Assembly: GCA_963798485.1 (NCBI GenBank) | Contig: CAWCTR010000007.1 | Location: 320,001-384,000, forward strand | Source: an uncultured delta proteobacterium | Lineage (GTDB): Bacteria > Desulfobacterota > Desulfomonilia > UBA1062 | Length of the DNA: 64,000 bases | Reading direction: 5' to 3' | Part shown: positions 1-10,051 of the stretch, piece by piece | How the letters are laid out: every line of letters starts with the position of its first letter | Numbering within the stretch: the first letter of the stretch is position 1 | Translations under genes and position numbers: made by a program | The notes under the pieces: generated by a model | The model's database searches: none | What the model saw: only the letters and a program-made list of their open reading frames with translations | What the model was told of the DNA's origin: nothing

Positions 1-1
1 A

Positions 2-406
2 AGGGTGAATGTGCTCCCTATCTCGCTGATACTTGCCCAGGCGGCTATTGAGTCGGGATGGGGGACCTCCAGGTTCTGCATCGAGGGAAACAACATCTTC
101 GGGCTGAGGACCCCTTCAGGGTATGGTATTCTTCCGAAGGGGCGCAGTAGTGAAGAGGGGGTCACCTTATCGGTGTTCAACGACCTTCAATCATGCGTTG
201 ATTACTACATGTGGAACATTAACACCAACCCGCTGTATAAAGAACTGAGATACATACGTTCCCTGAGCCAGCCGCCGTATGATTCTTTTGCACTGGCGCA
301 GGGACTGCGCAACTATTCCGAGATGGGGACAGAGTATGTACGCAAGGTGGAGCTGCTTATCAGCTATAATGCATTGAAGGGTTATGACGACTACCGGCTC
401 CAGTAG
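2..406 (+). CDS. Bax-like glucosaminidase (GH73-type) domain protein, 5' end outside window
   Basis: LAQAAIESGWGTSRF..EGNNIFG and NTNPLY..LR..R/YSE.G..Y motifs; frame is open to the window edge. Confidence 0.85.
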   Translation, partial: RVNVLPISLILAQAAIESGWGTSRFCIEGNNIFGLRTPSGYGILPKGRSSEEGVTLSVFNDLQSCVDYYMWNINTNPLYKELRYIRSLSQPPYDSFALAQGLRNYSEMGTEYVRKVELLISYNALKGYDDYRLQ

Positions 407-419
407 GGTTTTTGAAGGC

Positions 420-1508
420 ATGTTGCTGCATGCCGTGCAGCGAAGGCTTACCAGAAACAGCTTTTGTTCTCCGCTGATACTTTTTTTTCTGGCCTTCTTT
501 TTCATCATAGGTCTTGCAGCACCGGCATCTGCATACATCTCCGTGCTCCTTTACCACCGTTTTGACGAAAACTCCTTCCCCACCACCACGACGTCGAGCG
601 CCCAGTTCGAGCAGCAGATGGCATATCTGAAGTCGCACGGGTACACAGTGCTCACCATGGACCAGCTTGCCGACTGTGTGGAGGGAAGGCGGTCCATCCC
701 TGAAAAAGGTGTTGTCATCACCATCGATGACGGTTTTATCTCAGAGTATAATAAGGCTGTGCCGATTTTGCGGAAATATGGCTATCCATTTTGCATCTTT
801 GTTTTCACCCATGCCATTGGTTTAAAGAACTACATGAGCTGGGGGCAGCTCAAGCAGCTGGAGTCCTGGGGAGGAGGGGTTGGTTGCCATACCTACTCAC
901 ATCCGCGGCTGATTAACCTCCCTGAGAAGAGTATTGAACAGGAGATCATGGGTCCCAAGCATTCCATGGAGGAGAATCTGGGCCACAAGGTGAAGTACTT
1001 CGCATATCCCTACGGACTCTATGACGATACTGTCAGGGCCGTTGCAAAACGCGCGGGCTTCCGCCTCATGCTGACATCCGATCCGGGCAGTGTCGGCACA
1101 GGTATTGAATTCGACCGTGTACCCCGCCAGGCAGTTGTGGGTGCCGAGATGAGCCTTCATGATTTTGCCCAAAAACTCATGAATCCTCCTCTCATAGTGA
1201 CTAGGCGCATCCCTGAGAGCGGTACACTTTCCTGTGATACAATCCCTGAGATATCGATCACACTGAAGGATCCTGATCTCTATGATCCAAGCCAGATCAA
1301 TCTGTTCCTTTCAGAAAAGAAGAGGCTGGCAGCCCATTTCGATCCCAAGACGGGGGTTGTTAGCTGCAACGGTCCTTTCCACCTCACCAGGAAGACGAAC
1401 CGCATCATCGTTTCTGCCAGGAGAAAGAGCGACAGTCTCTTTGCCCTGGATTCCTGGCTGATTGTGCTCCCGGGTTCATGGGACGGGATGAAGTATACAA
1501 TGCGTTGA
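420..1508 (+). CDS. Exported polysaccharide deacetylase (NodB/CE4, IcaB/PgaB-like) with C-terminal extension
   Basis: VLLYHRF, ITIDDG, HTYSH and FAYPYG motifs; hydrophobic signal ending ASA; start at ATG 420 inferred. Confidence 0.85.
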   Translation: MLLHAVQRRLTRNSFCSPLILFFLAFFFIIGLAAPASAYISVLLYHRFDENSFPTTTTSSAQFEQQMAYLKSHGYTVLTMDQLADCVEGRRSIPEKGVVITIDDGFISEYNKAVPILRKYGYPFCIFVFTHAIGLKNYMSWGQLKQLESWGGGVGCHTYSHPRLINLPEKSIEQEIMGPKHSMEENLGHKVKYFAYPYGLYDDTVRAVAKRAGFRLMLTSDPGSVGTGIEFDRVPRQAVVGAEMSLHDFAQKLMNPPLIVTRRIPESGTLSCDTIPEISITLKDPDLYDPSQINLFLSEKKRLAAHFDPKTGVVSCNGPFHLTRKTNRIIVSARRKSDSLFALDSWLIVLPGSWDGMKYTMR

Positions 1509-1567
1509 ACAGCGGGTAACGACTGGGTTTATAAATCCAGAGTTTGAGTTTAAGGGGCGGAAGACCG

Positions 1568-1589
1568 GTAGGAGCGGCTTCAGCCGCGA
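1568..1589 (+). repeat. Solitary GTAG-family REP element
   Basis: GTAGGAGCGGCTTCAGCCGCGA: GTAG tetramer plus GCGGCT-TC-AGCCGC hairpin, the canonical GTAG-REP layout. Confidence 0.75.
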
Positions 1590-1621
1590 TCCAGGCCTTT
1601 TATTTATTTCTAGTTGTTAAG

Positions 1622-1990
1622 ATGATTTTGGGCAACAGCCCTTTAATATATAAAAATGACATAGTCAATTCCTATACGCTGAAGTATTTCTTTTTCCTGG
1701 ACGACAAATTCAAGGACTCGAAAAACATTGAAGAGCTCCTTCAAAAAGTGCGTGACTACCTTTACAAGGGCATGTCGTCCTACGATGAGGCCGATAAACT
1801 TTTCGCGGTCTACAAGACATACGCCTATTACCAGCATACGCTTTATGATGAGACAAAGTCATGGGGCACGCCTTCCACACCGGAGGAAGCGATCGAGTAT
1901 CTTCATAAAATTCAGGAATATCGGCGGGAAGTGTTCGGGAGCGAGGCGGAAGCTTTCCGCAGAAGGCTGGTCATTGAAAATGCGCGTTAA
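1622..1990 (+). pseudogene. Internal fragment of lipase secretion chaperone (Lif/foldase)-like protein
   Basis: Helical pattern (VRDYL...EADKLFAVYKTY..Y...IEYLHKIQEYRREVFGSEAEAF) resembles foldase core; no N-terminal anchor, abrupt end; the ORF-track N-terminus is REP-derived (VGAASAA). Confidence 0.5.
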
Positions 1991-2013
1991 CAGCCCAAGA
2001 AGTGAAGACCCCA

Positions 2014-2964
2014 TCACTGAGATGACAGAGAACCCTTGTGCTTGTTCAAAAAGGATGCATAATACCCTGCTGTCTCCTGTGGCCTTTCCAACATGGGTAT
2101 ATGACCACAATCCTTCATAACGACTATCTCTGAATTCGGCAAAGAACGTTTCAGTACCTCTGTGGTGGAGACATGGAGTATCCTGTCTTTGTCGCCCCAA
2201 ATGACTAATACGGGCATGTGGAGCTCGGACAGCAAAGGATAAATATCTGTTGATTGAGTGGTGAATTCATGCCACATCTTCTTGTTGAAGGCATATGATG
2301 CAATAGCCCTATCGGCAAGTACGGAAGTTATGGGCCATGGTATGAAGGGTTGCTTGTAGAAAGCATATTTCAACAATTCATCAAAATCTTTTTTTGAGGC
2401 GGGTGTTAATGGGCTCTGCCCCTTGAGCAGCGCAAGCTGAAGATCGCTCGGCTTTGGAGTAACGGACTGGAGACCGGCATTATCCACGAGGCATACGGTG
2501 ATAACCTTCTGAGGGTTTCGGGTGGCATAGAGTATGGTGATCCACCCACCCATGGAATTTCCTGCAAGATGGAACTTGGAGATCCCCAAGGTGTTTACAG
2601 CCTGATCAAGGCTTGAGGCCATATAGTCTATGGTATAGATCTTGTCTCCGGCCTTATCACTATCTCCATGACCGGGCATATCGATGGCGATCACACGATA
2701 TTCTTTAGGGAGGTATCGAACGAAACGGGTCCAGTTATCCTTGTTTGCCCCGAATCCATGGATAAGCACAATGGTCTCACCTTTACCTGGCCGTTCCAGA
2801 TAGGACATGGTTTGTCCATTGACGATTACAGAGGATTGCTTGAGACCGGACATTGATCGATCAACAGAGATCATGAAATCATACGTGCCTTGCTTGAAGG
2901 ATGTGCAGCCAAAAATCAGACAGGTTATCAGCAGAGCCGGTAAAGTTTTAAAGAGCTTCTTCAT
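2014..2964 (-). CDS. Alpha/beta-hydrolase lipase/esterase, probable lipoprotein
   Basis: HGFG, GNSMGG nucleophile elbow, WGDKD and GH; lipobox-like LIFGC. Confidence 0.9.
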   Translation of the reverse strand: MKKLFKTLPALLITCLIFGCTSFKQGTYDFMISVDRSMSGLKQSSVIVNGQTMSYLERPGKGETIVLIHGFGANKDNWTRFVRYLPKEYRVIAIDMPGHGDSDKAGDKIYTIDYMASSLDQAVNTLGISKFHLAGNSMGGWITILYATRNPQKVITVCLVDNAGLQSVTPKPSDLQLALLKGQSPLTPASKKDFDELLKYAFYKQPFIPWPITSVLADRAIASYAFNKKMWHEFTTQSTDIYPLLSELHMPVLVIWGDKDRILHVSTTEVLKRSLPNSEIVVMKDCGHIPMLERPQETAGYYASFLNKHKGSLSSQ

Positions 2965-3055
2965 ATTACCTCCTCAAGCTTGAGTTTATATTGCTGACAA
3001 AACATGGATGTCTTTGAATCACTATTAGCTTACCTTTTCTTATGAAGAGTTCTGA

Positions 3056-3592
3056 TTATATATTCGCTGCCATTGTAGCTGTCGAGGGAATATCGCTTAT
3101 GTGTTCCCCATAATGAGCGAACTTAATGGTTTTATCAGGCGCTACAATAAAAACAGCTGGAAGCTGCGTCTCATGTCCTTCAAATTTACCGTGCTTATAG
3201 CCTTGTAGAGTTGCCTTGACAGCTGTAATCAGACCTGCAGGATGCATGTATTTGAAGATACTGCCGGGTTCCACATGATACAGCTTAAAAAGATCAGCCT
3301 TTGGGTCACATATAATGGTGAAAGGCCAATCTTCTTTCTTTGTAGCGGAAGCCACAGTTGCAGGAGAGCTTTGCAGGATAACAAAAAGCACTGCCCCTTT
3401 TTGTTCTATGAGGCCTATCTCGCGCTTCAGATTGGCCATATCGATCTGACAGATCGGGCAACCGAGATAGCGTAGAAAGACCAGAACCGCCGGTTTACCA
3501 TCTGCAGCTTTAAAAAAGCTTTTTCCTCCCTCCCAGGGTGCCTCGAATTGAAAGTCGGGAGCATTGTCGCCAACCCTAAGCTTTACATCCAT
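3056..3592 (-). CDS. Peroxiredoxin-like AhpC/TSA family (thioredoxin fold) protein
   Basis: VGDNAPDF, FLRYLGCPIC, QLPAVFIV. Confidence 0.85.
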   Translation of the reverse strand: MDVKLRVGDNAPDFQFEAPWEGGKSFFKAADGKPAVLVFLRYLGCPICQIDMANLKREIGLIEQKGAVLFVILQSSPATVASATKKEDWPFTIICDPKADLFKLYHVEPGSIFKYMHPAGLITAVKATLQGYKHGKFEGHETQLPAVFIVAPDKTIKFAHYGEHISDIPSTATMAANI

Positions 3593-3689
3593 CTTCCCTT
3601 TACCTCCTGTTCTATGCTCTCCATATGACGGGTTTTATAGATCTGTTTCTTCCTTGTTGAAGGAAGTTGAAGCTGGAATACGTCTGGTA

Positions 3690-4985
3690 CTATCTTTGTG
3701 ATAAGCGGTTATCGATGACGCGGACGGCCTTGCCCTGGGCCACCGGTATCCCGCCCGGCTCGCACAGGATGACATCGGGCGTAATAAGGATTTCGTCTCT
3801 CAGCTCCCTGGTGATTCTCTTCCTGAGCGAGTCCAGTGTCTTGTAGTCATTAATGGACAGATTGGAGTCGATCTCCGCCTTCACAATCATATGGTCATTG
3901 TGCCCTTTGGATTCAAGGGTGATCTGGTAGTTCCTGCCTACTCCGGTTATGCCGATGAGCACCGCCTCGATCTGCATGGGGAAGATGTTGACCCCCTTGA
4001 GGATAAGCATGTCGTCGCTCCTGCCCGTTATCCTCGTTATCCTGGAGTGGGTCCTTCCGCAGGCGCACGGGCTTCCGATGATAGAGGTGAGGTCCTTGGT
4101 GCGGTAGCGGATGATAGGCATGGCCTCCCTCTGTAACGTCGTGATCACCAGTTCGCCCATTTCACCCGGGGCAACACCCTCAAGCGTATCGGGGTTTATG
4201 ATCTCCACCAGATAGGCATCCTCCCAGATGTGCTGGCCGTGTTTTTCCGGGCATTCAAAGGCGACACCCGGGCCGTTCATCTCTGACAGGCCGTATGAAT
4301 TGAAGGCATCGATGCCGAAGAATGCCTCCACCTTTTTCCTGGTTGCCTCGGTGTGGGGCTCTGCGCCCAGGAAGGCGTATTTCAATGCAGGGAATTCCTT
4401 TTTAGGATCTATCCCCATGGCCTCGATCTCGTCGGAGAGATGCAGTGCATAGCTCGGGATCACATGGATGGCGCTCGTGCCGAAGTCCTTCATGAATTTG
4501 AGCTGGCGTTTGGTGTTGCCGGGCCCTGTGGGGATGGTGAGACACCCGATACGCTCTGCGCCGTAATGCAGGCCCAGGCCGCCCGTAAACAGCCCGTAAC
4601 CGATCATGTTCTGGAATACATCGTGCTTTCTCAGCCCGGCCATTGTGAGGCAACGCGCTACAAGCTCGGCCCAGCTCTCGATGTCCTTCATGGAGTGATA
4701 GACAACAGTCGGGGTCCCTGTTGTGCCTGATGACGAGTGGAGCCGGACCACCTTATCCAAAGAGGTGCAGATCATGCCATAGGGATATGCAGAGCGCAAA
4801 TCGTCCTTGGTGGTGAAGGGAAGCTTCCTGATATCCGACAGGCCGGATATCTTAAAGTCCTTGAGCCCAAGTGCCTTGTAGAAGGGCGCATTCGATGCGC
4901 TCTTCACGGTCTTTTTCAACTGTTTGAGCTGGAGTTCCTGGAGCCTTTCCCGCGAGATACATTCAATGTCTTGATCCCGGTACAT
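3690..4985 (-). CDS. paaK: Phenylacetate-CoA ligase
   Basis: LPFTTKDDLR, HSSSGTTG, YGLSE, RYRTKD, GRSDDM..KGVN. Confidence 0.92.
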   Translation of the reverse strand: MYRDQDIECISRERLQELQLKQLKKTVKSASNAPFYKALGLKDFKISGLSDIRKLPFTTKDDLRSAYPYGMICTSLDKVVRLHSSSGTTGTPTVVYHSMKDIESWAELVARCLTMAGLRKHDVFQNMIGYGLFTGGLGLHYGAERIGCLTIPTGPGNTKRQLKFMKDFGTSAIHVIPSYALHLSDEIEAMGIDPKKEFPALKYAFLGAEPHTEATRKKVEAFFGIDAFNSYGLSEMNGPGVAFECPEKHGQHIWEDAYLVEIINPDTLEGVAPGEMGELVITTLQREAMPIIRYRTKDLTSIIGSPCACGRTHSRITRITGRSDDMLILKGVNIFPMQIEAVLIGITGVGRNYQITLESKGHNDHMIVKAEIDSNLSINDYKTLDSLRKRITRELRDEILITPDVILCEPGGIPVAQGKAVRVIDNRLSQR

Positions 4986-5088
4986 GCTGTCTCTCTCCCT
5001 TTAAGGGTTATCTCACAACGAAACAAGAGCTACCATTTATAATACTCCATATTAGGAGCGGATCTTGAAAGACGGCAGCGTTTATGTG

Positions 5089-5475
5089 CTATTTGGCAGC
5101 CGGTGCAGGCGCCTGGGGTTGGGCAGGTGCTACAGGGATCACCATATTGTTGGATGGCGCCTTTGAAGCAGGCTGGGCTCCCGGCGCAACAGGCATTGTC
5201 TGGCCGACAGGGGCAGGCCTGGAGTTCATGACGCTCTTGGCGGGTCTATGGAGCGCGAAAAACCCTAAGGTGAACGAGGTGAGCATGAATACCACAACCA
5301 TGACGCGTGTGGCCTTATTCAGGAAGTCTACAGGTCCTGAGCTGCCGAATAAGGCCTGGCCTCCGGCGCCTCCGAAAACCGCGCCGATGTCGGCGCCTTT
5401 GCCGGCCTGAAGAAGCACGGCCACTATCAGACAGATACATGCGAAAACGTGGATTGTTATAAGAAGCGCATACAT
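5089..5475 (-). CDS. secG: Preprotein translocase subunit SecG
   Basis: VLLQAGKGADIGAVFGG, two TM segments, follows tpiA. Confidence 0.95.
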   Translation of the reverse strand: MYALLITIHVFACICLIVAVLLQAGKGADIGAVFGGAGGQALFGSSGPVDFLNKATRVMVVVFMLTSFTLGFFALHRPAKSVMNSRPAPVGQTMPVAPGAQPASKAPSNNMVIPVAPAQPQAPAPAAK

Positions 5476-5479
5476 TTTT

Positions 5480-6235
5480 TTATCCTCTATATCGAATTAT
5501 TCTCTCGAACGATGCCACTTCGAGGCTTGCGCCCCCGACGAGTGCCCCGTCGATATCTTCTTGAGCCATAAGTACATCAATGTTGTCCGGTTTCACGCTC
5601 CCACCGTACAAAATACGTATTGCACCGGCAATTTCAGGGCCGAACAGGTCTTTCACCTGCGAACGAATGAATCCATGGACCTCCTGGGCGATCTCGGGTG
5701 TGGCGGTCTTTCCGGTGCCAATAGCCCAGACCGGCTCATAGGCGATCACCAGGTGTGCTGCATGTGTCTTTGAGATATCTTTAAGTCCTTGAGTCATTTG
5801 GTTGCGGATCACGTCCAGGGTCTTGCCGGCCTCTCGTTCGGCAAAAGTCTCACCCACGCAGACAACAGGCGTGATTCCTGCCTTGAAGCAGGCGTTCAGG
5901 CGCTTGTTCACGGTCTCGTCCGTCTCTGAGAAATACTGCCTGCGTTCGGAATGACCGATAATGGCGAAACGTGCGCCTGTACTCTTGACCATGGGGGCGC
6001 TCACCTCGCCGGTAAAGGCGCCCTGATCCTCCCAGAATACGTTTTGCGCCCCCACAGACACGCTCGAATCCGAAAGTGCCTGGATAAGCGGATAGATGTA
6101 CAGGTCAGGAGGGCAGACAAGGATCTCCCTGTCCAAAACGTCCTTAACCCGTAGCGCCAGCTCTTCTGCGAAAAGAACCGCCTCTGTGAGCGTCTTGAAC
6201 ATCTTCCAGTTACCTGCAATGAGGGCTTTTCTCAT
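5480..6235 (-). CDS. tpiA: Triosephosphate isomerase
   Basis: AGNWKM, IIGHSERR, AYEPVWAIGTG, LVGGASL. Confidence 0.98.
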   Translation of the reverse strand: MRKALIAGNWKMFKTLTEAVLFAEELALRVKDVLDREILVCPPDLYIYPLIQALSDSSVSVGAQNVFWEDQGAFTGEVSAPMVKSTGARFAIIGHSERRQYFSETDETVNKRLNACFKAGITPVVCVGETFAEREAGKTLDVIRNQMTQGLKDISKTHAAHLVIAYEPVWAIGTGKTATPEIAQEVHGFIRSQVKDLFGPEIAGAIRILYGGSVKPDNIDVLMAQEDIDGALVGGASLEVASFERIIRYRG

Positions 6236-6243
6236 ACCTTTTC

Positions 6244-7428
6244 CTACTTATCCAGAACAGCCACACCGGGGAGCACCCTGCCGCCGAGCATCTCGAGGAA
6301 GGCGCCGCCTGCCGTGGACACAAAGCTTACCTTGTCCGTGAGCGCGCTCTTGTGGAGTGCAGCATCTGTATCACCACCGCCCACAATGGTCAAGCCCTTG
6401 GATAAGGCCATGTCCTTCGCGATAGCCAGCGTCCCTGCCTCAAATGCATTGATCTCGAACACACCCATGGGCCCGTTCCAGACTATTGTTCCGCACCCGT
6501 TAAGGGCCTCGGAGAAAAGGGCTATGCTTGCAGGCCCGAGGTCAAGCCCCATGAGGTTCTCCGGCATCTCCTGGATGGTCGCAACCGAGGTTGCCTGGCC
6601 TTCCTTGGGCTCGGCAGCGCAAAGCGCGTCCACCGGCAGGTAGAGTTTTACGCCCTTGGCCTTGGCCTTTTCCAAAATGGACCGGGCCGTATCCAGGAGA
6701 TCCTCTTCCACCAGCGACTTGCCGATCCCCTGGCCCAGTGCCTTCACAAAGGTGAAGGCCATGCCGCCGCCGATAAGGATTTTATCCGCCTTGCCGAGGA
6801 GGTTTTCCACCAGTTCGAGCTTGTCCGAGACCTTGGAACCGCCCAACACAGCTGCAAATGGCCGCTCCGGGGACAAAAGGGCCTTGTTGATATAGTCCAC
6901 CTCTTTCATAAGAAGGAAGCCGGCAGCCGTGTCTTTGATATATGCGCATACGCCCACGTTGGATGCATGTGCACGGTGGGCCGTAGCAAAGGCGTCATTT
7001 ACAAAACAATCACCTAAGGAGGCCAGTTCCTTGGCGAACTCGGGGTTGTTCTTTTCCTCTTCCAGATGGAAGCGCAGGTTTTCCAGCAGGAGGACCTCAC
7101 CGGGCTTCAGCGCGTTCACCATGGCCTTTACCGTCTCGCCGATACAGTCAGGCGCCATGTTCACGCTGGTGCCGAGCAGTACGGATAGTCTCCTGGCCAC
7201 AGGGATGAGACTTTTTCTCTTGTCCACCTTGCCCTTGGGCCTGCCCAGGTGTGACATGAGTATGACCTTCGCCCCCTGGCTGATGGCATACCGGATGGTG
7301 GAAAGGGCCCCCTTGATGCGGGCATCATCGGTGATGTCCAAGTTTTCGTCGAGAGGAACATTAAAATCAACCCTGATCAACACCCGTCTCTGTTTCAGGT
7401 CTAGGTCTTTCATGGACTTTATACTCAT
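6244..7428 (-). CDS. pgk: Phosphoglycerate kinase
   Basis: RVDFNVP, SHLGRP, LLENLRF, GGSKVSDK, WNGPMG, GGGD. Confidence 0.98.
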   Translation of the reverse strand: MSIKSMKDLDLKQRRVLIRVDFNVPLDENLDITDDARIKGALSTIRYAISQGAKVILMSHLGRPKGKVDKRKSLIPVARRLSVLLGTSVNMAPDCIGETVKAMVNALKPGEVLLLENLRFHLEEEKNNPEFAKELASLGDCFVNDAFATAHRAHASNVGVCAYIKDTAAGFLLMKEVDYINKALLSPERPFAAVLGGSKVSDKLELVENLLGKADKILIGGGMAFTFVKALGQGIGKSLVEEDLLDTARSILEKAKAKGVKLYLPVDALCAAEPKEGQATSVATIQEMPENLMGLDLGPASIALFSEALNGCGTIVWNGPMGVFEINAFEAGTLAIAKDMALSKGLTIVGGGDTDAALHKSALTDKVSFVSTAGGAFLEMLGGRVLPGVAVLDK

Positions 7429-7595
7429 TTTGCTTCCTCCTTATAGTATATGGCCTGTGCCTTGGCGGCGCTTGATTGCATGAAAAAGAAAGGATCCTTT
7501 ATGGGGAAAATAACAGTATGACAAGAATGACCCCTTTACAAACTATTGAACATCCCATTACATACCATAAGAAGGCGATTTTGTCATGAACGAAC

Positions 7596-8300
7596 ATGAA
7601 CAATTCCCGTCAGGTATCCATGATGAGTACAATGATTCAAAATGACACGGAAATTTTAAGCGCCATCAGTGGCCGCTTCAGGAGGCTCATCACAGAGCTC
7701 CTGAAGGGCAATATCAAACGTGCCCGAGCGCTTGCTGAGCAGGCCAGGCAGGAAATACCTGCAGACGGCGAACACATCGCCCTTCAGAATCTCATTGAGG
7801 ATCTGGCCCAGGGCCAGGCGGTGCGCAACGCCTTCATCAACCTCCCATCGGCCGTCCCGGGTATCGGCACTATTATTTCGTGGGCACTCATCAGCCTGGA
7901 GGATTTCTTTGTCCTGGACCAGAGCGTTACCCTTATCATGGCCCTTTGCATACTTCATGGGTTGGAGCCGGAAGTTTATGAAGGCATGGAGGAATTTGCC
8001 ATCAGCGTAATAGGCCAGGCATATGGTATTGAAACATCAGGCCCGGGAAGTGATTCAAAGGCCTATGTTAAGAGATTCATAATTAAACTATTACCAGCAC
8101 GATATGTGAACTTCGGGCTGGCCAGGTGGGTCAAGGTTTTCATTAAAAGGCTGCTTCCCTTCAGGAGAAAATCGCGGCTCATGCCCATCGGGTTTGGTAT
8201 CGTCATGTCTGCATGGGACGCCTATGACACCATTGTGAAGGTGGGCCGTTTCGCCTTGCGCGAACTCCCAGGCAAGAGGCGTAAGGGGGAATTTGAATAG
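7596..8300 (+). CDS. Hypothetical protein, weakly EcsC-like
   Basis: 234-aa ORF with PSAVPGIGT and ...PIGFGIV..AWDAY..VG pattern; start uncertain. Confidence 0.55.
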   Translation: MNNSRQVSMMSTMIQNDTEILSAISGRFRRLITELLKGNIKRARALAEQARQEIPADGEHIALQNLIEDLAQGQAVRNAFINLPSAVPGIGTIISWALISLEDFFVLDQSVTLIMALCILHGLEPEVYEGMEEFAISVIGQAYGIETSGPGSDSKAYVKRFIIKLLPARYVNFGLARWVKVFIKRLLPFRRKSRLMPIGFGIVMSAWDAYDTIVKVGRFALRELPGKRRKGEFE

Positions 8301-8319
8301 CCTTCCTAAGGGGATAACC

Positions 8320-8748
8320 TTACAGCCGGTAAACCTCCTTATCCCAGAGCTTGACCCAGTTTCTCTTGAGCACCTCGGTGGCAACCTTGATGTTGTCCAC
8401 CTCCAGGATCATGATAGGGTTACTTGCCCTGCCGATATAGGGGTACATGGCTATGGCATTTATCTTGGCATCGCGCAGCGGTTTGAGAACGGCGTTCATG
8501 CCGCCGGGATGATCCGGCATCTCCACGGCCATTACATCGGATTCCGAAAATTCAATAGCCTCTGATGCGAAGGCGTTTTTTGCCTTTTTAGGGTCATCCA
8601 CCACGATACAGATGGATGATACCTCTTTGGATTCCAGTCCCACCGAGATGGCCCGGATATTCACGCCGTGTTTGGCCAGGACATCAGAGAGGTAAGAGAG
8701 TTTTCCCGATACATTTGCAGTCTGGAGCCGAAACTGTTTGACAGGCAT
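8320..8748 (-). CDS. Tandem ACT-domain protein
   Basis: VNIRAIS and AVEMPDHPGGM..VL motifs; last gene of the oxidoreductase operon. Confidence 0.85.
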   Translation of the reverse strand: MPVKQFRLQTANVSGKLSYLSDVLAKHGVNIRAISVGLESKEVSSICIVVDDPKKAKNAFASEAIEFSESDVMAVEMPDHPGGMNAVLKPLRDAKINAIAMYPYIGRASNPIMILEVDNIKVATEVLKRNWVKLWDKEVYRL

Positions 8749-8751
8749 GAC

Positions 8752-9297
8752 CTACTTCTCCTTTAGAAAATATTCATACCCGACCTTCAGGGCCTCGATA
8801 TTCTTATCCTTGAACTTGATCTTCGATTTGCCAAGTATGATGTCCATTTTATCTATCATGGTGGAGAATTTCACCTGGTGTGTCCTGTTCACAAAGGCGC
8901 CCAGCATGATCATATTGCCATACTGCTCACCCACGGTTGATCGGGCAAGGTCGTTGACCGGGATCTCTATAAGCTCGATATCTCCCCTGCCCGGTCTTTC
9001 TGTGACGATGCTGGAGTTAATAAAGATTTCTCCGCCTGATGCGCCCTGATTCTGGAGCCTAAGCAGCGACTCGTTGTCCATAATGACCAGATAATCGGGA
9101 GATGACGCTACCGGGGAGGCGATCTCTTCATCCGAGATGGCAATGGTGCACGAGGCAATGCCGCCACGCATCTCAGCGCCGTAAGAGGGAAGGTAGGTCA
9201 CATGATGATCCTCAAGCATGGCCGTCCAGGCAAGGCACAGGCCGGAAAACAATATTCCCTGCCCGCCTATGCCGCTCATGATGGTCTTCTGGAGCAT
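8752..9297 (-). CDS. 2-oxoacid:ferredoxin oxidoreductase gamma subunit
   Basis: GIGGQG, PSYGAEMRGG, NMIMLGA. Confidence 0.92.
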   Translation of the reverse strand: MLQKTIMSGIGGQGILFSGLCLAWTAMLEDHHVTYLPSYGAEMRGGIASCTIAISDEEIASPVASSPDYLVIMDNESLLRLQNQGASGGEIFINSSIVTERPGRGDIELIEIPVNDLARSTVGEQYGNMIMLGAFVNRTHQVKFSTMIDKMDIILGKSKIKFKDKNIEALKVGYEYFLKEK

Positions 9298-9298
9298 A

Positions 9299-10051
9299 TC
9301 AGAGCTCCTTCTTCTTGGTAATGTCCTTGAATATGCTTAAGGGGTATTCCTTTTCCATGACCTCTTCCAGATATATGAAGGCTTCCTTGGGCGACACCTT
9401 CCAATTGGTGGGGCAGGGGGACAACACCTCGACCAGGGTATACCCCAAGCCCTCTATCTGTATCTCAAATGCCCTTTTCAATGCCTTTTTCGTGGCCATG
9501 ACCTTGGCCGGCGTGGCTACCGATGTCCGCACCACATATGCAGCGCCTTCAAGCTGTGCAATGAGGTCCGTAATCTTTAAGGGAAAGCCCTCCACCTTTG
9601 ACCGCCTGCCATAAGGTGATGTACTGGTCTTCTGGCCGAGCATGGTGGTCGGCGCCATCTGACCGCCTGTCATTCCGTAGACTGCATTGTTCACGAAAAT
9701 GCTGGTGATGACCTCGCCCCGGTTGGCGGCATGTATTGTCTCTGCAGTGCCGATGGCGGCCATGTCGCCGTCACCCTGGTAGGTGAAGACGATACGGTCG
9801 GGCAGCGCCCTCTTGAACCCTGTTGCAATGGCGCAGCCCCTGCCGTGGGCCGACTCGCAGGTGTCGATGTCGAAATAGTTGTATGCCAGCACCGCGCACC
9901 CAGCGGGCGGGATGCATATGGTCTTGCCGCCGATGTCCATCTCGTCGATGATCTCGGCCACGAGCCTATGGATTATGGAATGTCCGCACCCCGGGCAGTA
10001 ATGGAAGGGGGTGGGTTTCAGGCTTTTGGGTCTGGTGAAAACCTTTTTCAT
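9299..10051 (-). CDS. 2-oxoacid:ferredoxin oxidoreductase beta (TPP-binding) subunit
   Basis: YCPGCGH, QGDGD..., NNAVYGMTGGQ, SPCPTNW; start at TAATG overlap with alpha subunit. Confidence 0.92.
   Translation of the reverse strand: MKKVFTRPKSLKPTPFHYCPGCGHSIIHRLVAEIIDEMDIGGKTICIPPAGCAVLAYNYFDIDTCESAHGRGCAIATGFKRALPDRIVFTYQGDGDMAAIGTAETIHAANRGEVITSIFVNNAVYGMTGGQMAPTTMLGQKTSTSPYGRRSKVEGFPLKITDLIAQLEGAAYVVRTSVATPAKVMATKKALKRAFEIQIEGLGYTLVEVLSPCPTNWKVSPKEAFIYLEEVMEKEYPLSIFKDITKKKEL

Noticed and set aside
2973-2984. 12-bp palindrome CTCAAGCTTGAG upstream of the lipase RBS
   Set aside because: Could be an operator, but it is a single short instance expected by chance in 64 kb
3056-3592. Selenocysteine readthrough in the peroxiredoxin-like gene
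   Set aside because: The CxxC is encoded by Cys codons and the ORF is uninterrupted
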